Origin: Blepharisma stoltei ATCC 30299
Lineage: Eukaryota; Protista; Ciliophora
Length of the DNA: 64,000 nucleotides
Direction of reading: 5' to 3'
NCBI GenBank assembly: GCA_965603825.1
Contig: CBFDEM010000042.1
Span: 7,567 to 71,566 of the forward strand
Shown: positions 12,120-22,225 of the stretch, one piece after another
Layout: the number at the start of each line of letters is the position of its first letter
Position numbering within the stretch: position 1 is the first letter of the stretch
Translations under genes and position numbers: made by a program
Notes under the pieces: generated by a model
Databases searched by the model: none
What the model was told of the DNA's origin: nothing
What the model saw: the letters and a program-made list of their open reading frames with translations, nothing else

Positions 12120-12827
12120 TTAATGCTTTTGATTATTTAAACTCTCTCCTTTGACAAGTGCTGGGTTATTTGGAGAATAAAACCTATACACATCTTCATC
12201 AGCATCAATCGTTTCTACAGTCATTTCATTATTGATATGAGGAAAAGACTCTTTTTGGGCTTTAGCAGGCTCTCTTTGGGCTTTTACAGGCTGGTTGTTT
12301 TCTTCAACTTTTTTCTCTTCTTTTCCAAAAATTTTTTTAACTTTAGCTTTAAATCTCTGTCCGAAAGGTGTTTTTTTAGGCTTTTTCTGTTTTTCTTGTT
12401 TATTTGCTTCAAGGATTGACTCTTCAATAATTTGCTGCAGTTTTCTTTCTTGCTCTATCGGATCTAGATACTCTTCTTGTTCCTGATTGGGAATGTCTTC
12501 TTCTGAATCGGGATCCCCAAGCTCTAAAAAATCGTCGTTTAAAACAACATTTGGCTCTTGATGAACTTTAGGAGGTTCTGAGGCAGCTTTTTTAAGCTGG
12601 GGAGCTTGGATTGGAGGTGGCAGATTTGGTGCGTTTATAATTGGAGGATCAGGCTCATTAGATAGACTGCTTTTACTGTAGGATTCTTCATCTAATCTTA
12701 ACAAATAATCTGTTGCTTTATTGACACTGCCTTCACAGCTTTCAAGAATCGATTCTATAATTTCAGCGTCCAGTTGAGGGAACATTGATGTGAGATAATC
12801 AACTTGTTTCTTGTATGGAGATTCCAT
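12120..12827 (-). CDS. CUE-domain (ubiquitin-binding) protein
   Basis: N-terminal LTSMFPQLDAEIIESILESCEGSVNKATDYLL carries the CUE MFP...LL signature. Confidence 0.85.
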   Translation of the reverse strand: MESPYKKQVDYLTSMFPQLDAEIIESILESCEGSVNKATDYLLRLDEESYSKSSLSNEPDPPIINAPNLPPPIQAPQLKKAASEPPKVHQEPNVVLNDDFLELGDPDSEEDIPNQEQEEYLDPIEQERKLQQIIEESILEANKQEKQKKPKKTPFGQRFKAKVKKIFGKEEKKVEENNQPVKAQREPAKAQKESFPHINNEMTVETIDADEDVYRFYSPNNPALVKGESLNNQKH

Positions 12828-13191
12828 TTTATTATAGCAGAAATGGAAATTAATTTAGGATATAATATATTTCAAATTAAAAATTTATGATGTCAATAAA
12901 TATTCTTAGCGAATTAATGCTATTCTGTAAAGGGAAAGTGCCTGATAATTATAGGTATATTTTCTTTATGTTTTAATAAGATTTGGTAAGCCAATTAAAA
13001 GCTATTTCAGTGATTTGTAAAAATATAGATAAAAGAATTATTATGATTTCTTTTGAAAATAAGCGTTTAATTTTATTAAATGAGTGATAAAGTAGCAGAT
13101 GGCAATATTTATAAATGGATTTATTATCTAAAATTTGAATTTTATATCCTATGCTCAATATTAATTCTTACAAATTTTGAGACTTAATTAA

Positions 13192-13908
13192 ATGAATTTT
13201 ATTAACTCGGATATAATTGAAGAGGAGCCATTACCTGCTCCAGTCCCTTCGCCAAAGCCTTTACTTGAAGAATTTGGCACAAAAATTAAACAAATGCATT
13301 TAAAAAGCTTAAAAAAAGAAAGAAACATCAAAAAAGTTAAAGGGCATTTCGAAAATCAAATGAGTCCAGATACCTTATCAAAATTAAATAGGATCCAAAA
13401 GCAGCTCGCCCACAAACGAAACTCAAGCTCAGACATTACCGATGACCTAGAAAACATAACAAAGGTCTTTAGTAGCCCAGCTGGAAGGTTTGAAGAAAAT
13501 GAAAAATGGGGAGAAGGTATTGACGAAGGCAAATTGGAAATACAAAAACCAAGATCCATTAATATTTCAATCAGTCTAAGTAGGATCAATTCAAATTCAA
13601 TGATCATTTTGAATGAAGATCTAGGGAAGAACTACAGGTTTAAAAGAAATCCAATTAAGTTATCGATGATGGCACACAATATAAGAGAAAAGTTACTGAA
13701 GCCAGGCGAAGAATCAAAAATAAAAAGTATTTCAATTTGACCAGACCAGACGCCACTTAAAATTATTAAACACAAATACACAAAAACTCATCATACAGCA
13801 AGAGATATAGCAAGCCCTATTGCTAAAGGAAAATTAACAGCAAAAATGATAATGAAGCAGAAAAGGGATTGGTCGAGGTCTGCACTTGATAATGTATGCA
13901 TATTATAA
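13192..13908 (+). CDS. Hypothetical basic protein
   Basis: Track ORF ends at TGA 13738-13740. With UGA=Trp the frame runs on to ...DNVCIL TAA 13906-13908. Confidence 0.7.
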
Positions 13909-14015
13909 TCGTAATTAATAATTATTAACCTAATGCAGCAGTTTATATTTATAGTATCACAGTTTTAAAAGAAATTGGATTTTTGAATAATAGGCAAAAA
14001 ATAAGAAAAGGCGGT

Positions 14016-14090
14016 GTCAGAGGCCAGGACTCGAACCTGGGACCTATCGGCCTGAACGACAATATGCTCTACCAACTGAGCTACCTCTGA
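14016..14090 (-). tRNA. Atypical tRNA-like gene A: enlarged anticodon loop, possible UCA anticodon
   Basis: TCAGAGG TA GCTC AGTTGGTA GAGC A TATTG TCGTTCAGGC CGATA GGTC CCAGG TTCGAGT CCTGG CCTCTGA C. Acceptor, D and T arms pair fully; A and B boxes present; TTTT terminator follows; 10-nt anticodon loop. Confidence 0.8.
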
Positions 14091-14157
14091 TATCAAAGAT
14101 TAATAATTCAAGATGAATTTATTTATAAAATCTCACCAAATAAAAAATGCAAAAGGG

Positions 14158-14229
14158 GTCAGAGGCTGGGTTTCGATCCCAGTTTTCCGGGTCCGAAATT
14201 CCGGCGTGCATCCATTATACTACCTCTGA
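14158..14229 (-). tRNA. Atypical tRNA-like gene B: enlarged anticodon loop, ATCGAAA T-loop
   Basis: TCAGAGG TA GTATAATGGATGCAC G CCGG AATTTCGGAC CCGG AAAA CTGGG ATCGAAA CCCAG CCTCTGA C, then a TTTT terminator. Same acceptor stem as gene A. Confidence 0.7.
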
Positions 14230-14611
14230 ATGTGTATTTTTAGCTTTAAGGACTTAATTTAGATGTAGATAATTTGCATATCATCATTAGCATTTAATAA
14301 AAAATCATATCTTTTATATCTATTATTTTATAATTATTTCAATCTTGACTGCTTTCTTCATTATTTATTATATTTTTTTTAATAATTCTTTATTTAGCCT
14401 TTATATAATAAAATGTATTAGCTCTAGTCACAAAAATACTCCCATTCTTAAGCCAGAGGCAATTATGACTAGAATTGCAAATTTAGGTTCTCTTTTAAAA
14501 TTTTTTATATATGGCTATGATAATTTTCATTATTACCTAAGATTAGCTGCTTCTTTTTGATAAAACAATTATTTGATGAATAACGACCAATTTTTAATGA
14601 AACTTATTAAA

Positions 14612-16291
14612 ATGTCCAGCCTTGAAAACCTTAAATCTCAAGGACCCTCAGAAATAGAAGGCATCCAATCCCTTCTTCAAGTAGCTGAAGGTAAATCCTA
14701 AAAAGAGCTTTTGTTTTCATTTCCCCTCCCAACAGAAATCGTCACAAAATACGACACAATGCGCAGCAAATATTTCCAAAAACTAGGAATTTCGTCCTCA
14801 TCTTCCCACATTTGAAAGCTCCAGCGAGATGCTCATGCTAAAAGTCGCTCCAAAAGTCCAATTCCTGATAGAAACACAAAATCTTTTGACTCAATAAAAA
14901 TTGAGCTAGAGTCCCGAATTGACAAAAGCTATTTACTAATCTCGAAATATAAAAAATTAGTAGAAGATGTGATGTATTACCAAGATAAACTAAATCTGCA
15001 AGCAGGGTTGATTGCAGAAAGATCGAATAGGCCCAGAAGCCAAAGTCCGTTAAAATCAAGCCTGGGATCGAACCAATATGACCAAACTTTGAGGGTTTTT
15101 GACTTAGGAAGCTCTTCGTTACAAAAATACCAAATCATTGAGAGCGAAGAAGAGTCAAGTTTTGAGGCTTTAAAGCAGCAATTTAATGAAAAAAGTAGAC
15201 AATCGTTTATTATTATGGATGATGTACGAAATCTATTTGCGAAACAGGTAGCTACTATTTCTGGATATGAAGATAGTATTAAAAAATTATCGAAAAGAGA
15301 GAACTCTGATAGAGAAGACTTCGAAAATAAGTTTAACCTGCTAGCATTGAAATATAACCAAACTAAGGAAGAATATGAGGTTAAAATCAAACAATTAAGA
15401 GAAGAAGCATATAGCACAAGACAAAATTACTTAGAAGAAGCAAGAAAATCGCACATAAAAGATATTGAAAAACTAATGCAAGAACGAGACCAATATAAAG
15501 AAAAAGCTGAGCAGCTTCAACAGCAATACGACAGTGTGAAATTTTCGTTAATGGAAGAAATCAATCGAATCAATTACTCATATTCCAAGGAAATCGAAAC
15601 CTTAACACAAAAATGTACCCACGAAATCAAAGACAACGACAGTGCCTATCAATCAGAAATAAACGCACTAAAAAATAAGCAAAAAATCCGCGAAGAAGAG
15701 CTCCTGCATAAGCTTGAATCAATTGCAGAAGAAGATGCCAAAACTATTCAAGCGCTCAGAGAAAGCTTAGACAATCACATTCGGTCAGAAGAAGAATTAA
15801 AAACTATGATCCGGACTATAGGTGAAATCTCTCATGGGATTTATTGAAAATATGGACGCAGTGATGAAGAGCAGGCAAATAGAAGAGAAAATATATATGA
15901 AAAATTCTCCTATTATGGAGTTTGTGAGTTTACCGATGTGCTTGTAGAAATTGACTATTTAGGCTATTTAATTGGCAAGCTAAGCACAGATAATAACTGG
16001 CTTGTGGATAGACTAGGAGATTTTGGGAAAGAAAATGACACGCTAAAAGCTGCTATATACTCAAAAACTCCAACCCCTAAGAAAATTAGGGAAGATGCTC
16101 ATAGGAAAACCCATTCAGAGCTGAAATCTACAAGCAAGGCTATGAAAGAGTTTGAAGACGCAAGAGATAAACTGATAGAAAAAATGAATATTTCTGAAGG
16201 ACCAAGAAAAGAACCGTCTAGTGTTACAAAATTGTATAAAAAATATATTGGAGATAGAGGAAGGTCACAAAGTTTTGTTAGAGGAGAGTAA
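14612..16291 (+). CDS. Long coiled-coil protein
   Basis: ATG 14612, 15-nt intron 14691-14705, and TGA=W at 14813 and 15845 join the two track ORFs in one frame to TAA 16289-16291. Confidence 0.78.
14691..14705 (+). other. 15-nt intron GTAAATCCTAAAAAG
   Basis: GT..AG with A10. Contains an in-frame TAA that interrupts an otherwise open frame. Confidence 0.7.
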
Positions 16292-17050
16292 AAATAAATT
16301 TCTATCTTAAACTGATTAAATGTAAAATCTATATGCGCAAGCTTACTTCTCGGTGATTTAAGAATAGTTAAATTTTTCGTTGGAATAAAGCTAAATGGCT
16401 ATTGCTTAAATGAATTCTGAATTTTTATTATAACAATGAAAAATTCATATAAGTATTTTAGAAGATTATATCGATAAAATGGCTTAGAATTTTGAAAGTT
16501 TTTTTTTCAACAGTCGGTTATAGAATCTGTAAGTAAAAACCTCTACTTTATCTAAGCTATAAGCTGTTACTTTAATTCTTTCCGTCTTATTCTTAATCTC
16601 AGAAAATGCTTATTTTACAAATTTTCGAATTTCATTTTATGGCTTTTATTTTCACGATTTCTTCACAAATAGCATTAAGAAATGCATACAATAATTTAAT
16701 TAACCATCAAAGAATTTATTTAGATCCGAAAAATTATTTTTTATAAACCAGATAATACATTTGCTTATATTTTTCTTTATCTATTAAATTACTTAAGTAA
16801 TAATTGAGCCCTTTATAATTACAAAATCTTATCCTAATTTTGATTTCAAGCTCTCACAGCTATTTTCTCTTCAAAATAGAATTAAAAAAACAATCCATCA
16901 GATATGTCAAATTAAAATATTAACGCATAAAAACCTAAAAATTTAATAAATCTAATAACTTTTATCTGAACAAGTGCTGGTCCATTTAAAATTATTAGAG
17001 TAAAGATGAATTTTAATCGGCAAACGAATGGCGCATAGTGAATTCTAAAT

Positions 17051-19933
17051 ATGGTTAATAATTCTCAAATGATGGATAATCTTTCCCTCAACGAAGCTCA
17101 AGTACAAGAGCTCGAAAAAGAACTTGAAGAAAACCCTTTCAATATCCGCGCCCTCAGTGAGCTGGCTCAATATTTTGCAAGTCAAGGGGACTATGCATCA
17201 GCATGCCAGCACTACGAAAAAATTGTCAGGGTAGACGAAGAGAACGGTAAGGCCTGGACCGCCCTCGGCCATTGTTACCTTCTCAAAGGTGAGTACCAGA
17301 AATGTTTCACTGCCTACCAGAAAGCCTTGTATACTATGGAAGACAACCGCGATCCTCAGTTGTGGTATGGAATTGGCTTACTTTACAATAAATTCGAAAG
17401 TTACGAGTACGCCGAGCCCGCTTACCAAGCAGTTTTAAGGATCGACCCCAACTTTGAGCAAAAGCACGAAGTCCTCTACAAGTTGGGTCTGATCTATAAG
17501 AAGACCAAATCCTTTGATAATGCTATCACATATCTCAGAAATTCCATGGCCTGTGAAAATGTCCCAATTTCACGAAAAGTTGATGCCTTGTGCCACATAG
17601 GGAATTCCTATGAAAAACAGGAGAAAATGGACGAGGCAATCAGCATTTATAGGGAGGCGCTCACTTTGGATGAAAATAATTTCAAGACGATGGAGTACTT
17701 GGGCTGGGCACTGATGATCCATTCAGACCACGACCAGGCCTTGGAGATTCTGAATCGGGCTCTTGAGTTCGTCAAAGAAAACTGTGCAGAGGCAGGGGAT
17801 ATCCACTACTTGATTGGGAGGTGCTATTTGGACCTCAAAAACTACCCAGAAGGCCAGTCCGCTTTCCAAAAGGCCATTTATAAAAATCCAAACGCCTACA
17901 TCTACTGGTGCAGCATTGGGATTTTATACGCCTTAGCGACCCAGCCACAAGACGCCTTCGAGTGCTTTGTAAAAGCATCAAACATTTCCCCTGAATGCGG
18001 AGATGTCTGGTTCAACATGGCAGTCCTCTATGAGCACTGCAAACAAAAGCAAGAGGCAAGCTTGGCCTATCAGCGAGCTTTTAGTCTAGACAGCACAAAT
18101 AAAAAAGCTATTGACAGGAAAACCAAGCTCCAAGCTGGTGACGAAACTTCCCCAATCCCCGATTTCATCCACCCCGCCTTTGAAGTAAGTGACATTCCTT
18201 TCTCAATTAAAAAGAACGACAAAGCTTCCAAGCCTATCAAAACGCTCCCAGACATCAAAAATTTCAGAAGGGACGGAGAAGCTGAAGAAGAGAAATTCCA
18301 AGACGCTGAACAAGATGAAGGCAGTCCTACACAAGAAGAAGCAGAAGTCAAAAATGAGAAGCCTGAAGAGGAAGAAGGAGAAGAAGAAGGAGAGGAAGAA
18401 GAAAGTGAAGAAAGTGAAGAAGAGGAAGAAGACGAAGATGAGGACGCATCCATTAAAAGTGATGATAACTCAGAGTCTGAAGAAGTGCCAGCTGAAAGTC
18501 TGAGAAGAACAGAAGGCCCGAGAACGAGAAGAAGGGATGAGATGCAGAATAAGAAACCAACTCCTCAGTCAGCACCTGTGCAAGCTCCTCAGCCACAAAA
18601 GCCAAAACCACCACAGCCTCAACCTCAGCCTTCTCCTCAAGTTTTAGCACCTGTGGCTGCTCCTCAAGCACAACTTTCTTCTTTAGCCCAGTTCCAACAA
18701 ATGTCTCAAATGGCTTTCCAGCAGAGACCTCAGCAGAATGTACCCCAGCAAGCTCCAAAAATGGCTTCTCCAATGGGGAATCTACCTCCTCAGCCAAGCA
18801 AAACTCCGCAGATGCCAACACCATCAAAACCTCAAATGAACTCTCCTCCTGGCTTCCCACAAGGAATGAATCCATTTGGAGGGATGCCAAACTTCCCGAT
18901 GCCGCCAAACATGCAAGGGATGCCAGGCATGCCTAACACAATGCAAGGTATGCCAAACATGCCTCAGATGCCTAATATGCCAGGAATGCCAGGTATGCCG
19001 AATTCAATGCAAAACCTTCAAAATCAGTCTCAGTCCAATCTTTCCTCAGGAGGGATGCCTAATTTCCCACTCCCGCCCAACATGCAAAATGTCCAGAATA
19101 TGCCGCCAAATATGCAAAACATGCCAAATATGCCAAGCATGCCTAACATGGGCAACATGCAAAACATGCCCAATATGCCTAACATGCAAAACATGCCCAA
19201 CATGCCAAATATGCCTAACTTATCAAACCAACAGCCTCAAAACGTACAAAATCCTAACATGCACCAATTCCAAGGAGGAATGCCTAACTTCGGAGTCCCT
19301 AATATGCAAAACAACCCCAATCAAGGAAATATGCCAAACTTCCCTGGGCTTCAAGGTATGCTAGGAATGCCTGGAGGGCCAAACATGATGATGCCTGGAA
19401 TGATGGGAATGCAAGGACAGCCTGGTATGATGATGCCACAGCAGCCAAACATGATGGCTATGCAAGGGCAGCCTCAATCTCAACAAGGTGGCCAGTCTAA
19501 CCAACAAAAAGGAGCAGTCCCTGGCTTCAACCCTTACCAAATGGCAGCCCTAATGATGAATCCTATGCTGGCAGCTCAAATGATGTACGGAATGGGCTCA
19601 GTCCCAGGGATGAACCCTATGATGCCACCAGGCATGGGAAGTATGCCCCAAATGGGCGGCATGCCTGGAGGATTTCCAGGAGGCATGCCAGGCGGTATGC
19701 CAGGAAATCCACCACAAGGTATGAATATGGCCAACTTAATGAATAGCATGAGAATGCTGGCACAAGCCCGACAACAAATGAACCCTCAGAATCCACAGAA
19801 AAAAGAGCACGACGAGGACATCGCAGAAGCATTGGCAAATTTGAACGAAAAAGACGAAGACGAAGATGGATCAAGGAAAAGAAAAGGAGACAGTGACAAA
19901 GATTCAGCAAAGAAAAAGAGGAAAAGGAAATAA
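17051..19933 (+). CDS. Ssn6/Cyc8-like TPR transcriptional corepressor with acidic tract and M/P/N/Q/G-rich domain
   Basis: About 10 TPRs, including AWTALGHCYLL and RDPQLWYGIGLLY, typical of Ssn6/UTX TPRs. C-terminal basic NLS-like KKKRKRK. Confidence 0.8.
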   Translation: MVNNSQMMDNLSLNEAQVQELEKELEENPFNIRALSELAQYFASQGDYASACQHYEKIVRVDEENGKAWTALGHCYLLKGEYQKCFTAYQKALYTMEDNRDPQLWYGIGLLYNKFESYEYAEPAYQAVLRIDPNFEQKHEVLYKLGLIYKKTKSFDNAITYLRNSMACENVPISRKVDALCHIGNSYEKQEKMDEAISIYREALTLDENNFKTMEYLGWALMIHSDHDQALEILNRALEFVKENCAEAGDIHYLIGRCYLDLKNYPEGQSAFQKAIYKNPNAYIYWCSIGILYALATQPQDAFECFVKASNISPECGDVWFNMAVLYEHCKQKQEASLAYQRAFSLDSTNKKAIDRKTKLQAGDETSPIPDFIHPAFEVSDIPFSIKKNDKASKPIKTLPDIKNFRRDGEAEEEKFQDAEQDEGSPTQEEAEVKNEKPEEEEGEEEGEEEESEESEEEEEDEDEDASIKSDDNSESEEVPAESLRRTEGPRTRRRDEMQNKKPTPQSAPVQAPQPQKPKPPQPQPQPSPQVLAPVAAPQAQLSSLAQFQQMSQMAFQQRPQQNVPQQAPKMASPMGNLPPQPSKTPQMPTPSKPQMNSPPGFPQGMNPFGGMPNFPMPPNMQGMPGMPNTMQGMPNMPQMPNMPGMPGMPNSMQNLQNQSQSNLSSGGMPNFPLPPNMQNVQNMPPNMQNMPNMPSMPNMGNMQNMPNMPNMQNMPNMPNMPNLSNQQPQNVQNPNMHQFQGGMPNFGVPNMQNNPNQGNMPNFPGLQGMLGMPGGPNMMMPGMMGMQGQPGMMMPQQPNMMAMQGQPQSQQGGQSNQQKGAVPGFNPYQMAALMMNPMLAAQMMYGMGSVPGMNPMMPPGMGSMPQMGGMPGGFPGGMPGGMPGNPPQGMNMANLMNSMRMLAQARQQMNPQNPQKKEHDEDIAEALANLNEKDEDEDGSRKRKGDSDKDSAKKKRKRK

Positions 19934-20094
19934 ATTTATGTAATTAGTGTCACTCGTTATTTTATAATAGGTTTCATTAAAGTGTCTTTTGTTGGCTTCA
20001 AAAAGGCATTTTCGGATAACTTTATATAGCCTTATATTGATTTTATATGGAAGATGTAACTTTCATATTGCAATAAATTATATTTAATTCAAAA

Positions 20095-20925
20095 ATGATG
20101 GAAAGGTCAGGACAAAGATTTGGTTCCAGCAAGCCTGTATCCGAACAAGAGCTCATGCAAGCAAGACACTGTTTAAGACTCCTCAAAGACAAAATAGCTC
20201 GAAATCCTCCTGCATATTTCCGTGAGAATGGAGAAGAGCCTGAACAAGTCCAGCCAGCTGCTTCCAACTATCGCAAAGCTTTTAAACCAGTCACAAACAA
20301 CCAAGAAGCGCCTATATCTCGCCCTCCGATTTATCAAGAAACCCCACCGCCTCGAGCACCTATGAAAAAGCCTCAAAACGTCGCTAAAGAAAGCTCAAAA
20401 GGGTTCGCTCAGTATGATTTCGAATCAGTCGAAGGCGCTGAGCAGCCAGGACAGGAAGACAGGGTTTCTTGCCCTGATTGCGGGAGAAAGTTCGCCCCAG
20501 AGTCCTTTGAAAAGCACTCAAGAATTTGTAAAAAAGTATTTATGAGCAAGAGAAAAGAATTTAATTCGTCTGAGCAAAGAGCGGCAGATGAAGCTGCCGA
20601 AGTTCCTAAAAAGTCAGCCCCGCCACCTAGAAAGCCAGCAGCGAGTGGGAAAAATAATAAATGGAAAATGCAGAGTGAGCAGCTAAGGGCGAATATGAAA
20701 GCTGCTAGGCTTGCAGGGTCTGGAAATGATAGTGCAGCATATGAAGAAGCGGCAAGAGCTGCTGCGGAGTTAAATCAGGATCAATATACTAAGTGTCCAC
20801 ATTGTGGAAGATCGTTTAACGAAGATGCTGCGAATAGGCATATTCCGATTTGCGCGAAAAAAGCTATGACTGAACAGTTTAAAAAAGGAGGAAAACAGCC
20901 ACCTCCAAGAGCTGGCAAAAGATAA
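20095..20925 (+). CDS. Zinc finger C2HC (zf-C2HC_2, ZC2HC1-like) protein
   Basis: Two fingers: CPDCGRKFAPESFEKHSRIC and CPHCGRSFNEDAANRHIPIC. Confidence 0.88.
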   Translation: MMERSGQRFGSSKPVSEQELMQARHCLRLLKDKIARNPPAYFRENGEEPEQVQPAASNYRKAFKPVTNNQEAPISRPPIYQETPPPRAPMKKPQNVAKESSKGFAQYDFESVEGAEQPGQEDRVSCPDCGRKFAPESFEKHSRICKKVFMSKRKEFNSSEQRAADEAAEVPKKSAPPPRKPAASGKNNKWKMQSEQLRANMKAARLAGSGNDSAAYEEAARAAAELNQDQYTKCPHCGRSFNEDAANRHIPICAKKAMTEQFKKGGKQPPPRAGKR

Positions 20926-20981
20926 GATAATTTTAGAAAAAATTGATATATGAATAATTAAGGTTTTTCAGAGTTCATATT

Positions 20982-22154
20982 ATGAATTCGCATTTAAATG
21001 GAATTGTTTTAAGTGACCCACAAATTGATAGAGAAAAGTTTTTACAAGGAATTTCTGCAAGAAAAATTCATCACTTGACCTACGAAATAAATACAAAAGA
21101 CCCTATAACAAATTCACACATAATTTTCCACCTAGAAGAATCTGATGTAATTCCTGACTCGATATCTCAATATCAATGCATTTTACTTCTATATTCTTTG
21201 AATGAGGAATCGACATTTTCAAACATTAAAGAAGTCTGACTGCCAGAAGTGCAAGCCTCAATACAAAACGAAAATTCCTTCATTATTCTTGTTGGGCTTG
21301 AGTATGGACCTCATCGTCAAATTGATTCAGATGAGGCAGAAAATTTAGCGACAGAGGCTGGAGCAATCCATGTAGAGATTTCTCTTTCAGCCAAGAAAAA
21401 CATCACGCTTCTCCTCAGATTAATGAGAGTAAGAGCTACTTTACTATTAAAAAAACAGCCCATTAAATGTGAATCTTCCCAAAAACCAAAAACTCCTCAA
21501 AAAAGAAACCTCGATCTAAATTCAATACAAAAAATAACCCTAGAAGATTGCATAACCCCACAATTCAGCTCAAGAACTTCCAAGCAAGAAGAAGCTCATA
21601 ACTATTCCCTTATAGAAAATCAGAACCATTTGCATAGAAAATATCGCTATGAAGACGAACAAATTTTTCAGACTGAGCCTTCCCAAGAATCAGATTCAGA
21701 TAGTTTTACCAGAAATGAAAAAATCAATAAATCAATAGAAAAAGAAATTACTTTGGGCGAGGACTTTGAGAGTGAAAACTGTTGGGCTATGAATGGAACC
21801 TTAGGAAGCCCATCTTATCAGCAGCAATATAAAGTGCCACCGTTATCATTAAATCCAGTTATGCCGCCTATTAAGCAAGCTCAAACAACAGAAAGAGCGT
21901 CAACTCCAAAAAAAATTTTAAAAAATGGGCCTGAGACAGAAAGGCCTTATAAATGCCCATTATTGATATTAGAGATTAAAATGAGAAATTCTGTAAAATC
22001 AATCGAGGTTTACCAAGGAGATACCTCATATGATTTAGCCAAAAAAGTATGCGGGAATGAAGAGGAGGCTGAAGAGCTGAGCTATTGCATAGAGCAGGAG
22101 ATCAATAGCTATTGTGAAGAAATAAAGAAAATACAAAGAATGGGAAAATTCTAA
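20982..22154 (+). CDS. Protein with degenerate Ras-like small GTPase domain and long C-terminal tail
   Basis: Two track ORFs are joined by TGA 21237-21239: LLYSLNEESTFSNIKEV(W)LPEV...IILVG...EAENLA...HVEISL resembles the C-terminal half of Rho/Rab GTPases. No intact P-loop. Confidence 0.7.
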
Positions 22155-22225
22155 TTTTCCCACACAAAAATCGCTATTTATATTATATTTCTTATAAAAT
22201 TTGAATTCTTAAAATAATTAAAATA

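Noticed and set aside
14016-14090. tRNA-Sec or intron-containing tRNA
   Set aside because: No long variable arm or extended acceptor stem. The 2-3 extra nt are too few for a tRNA intron.
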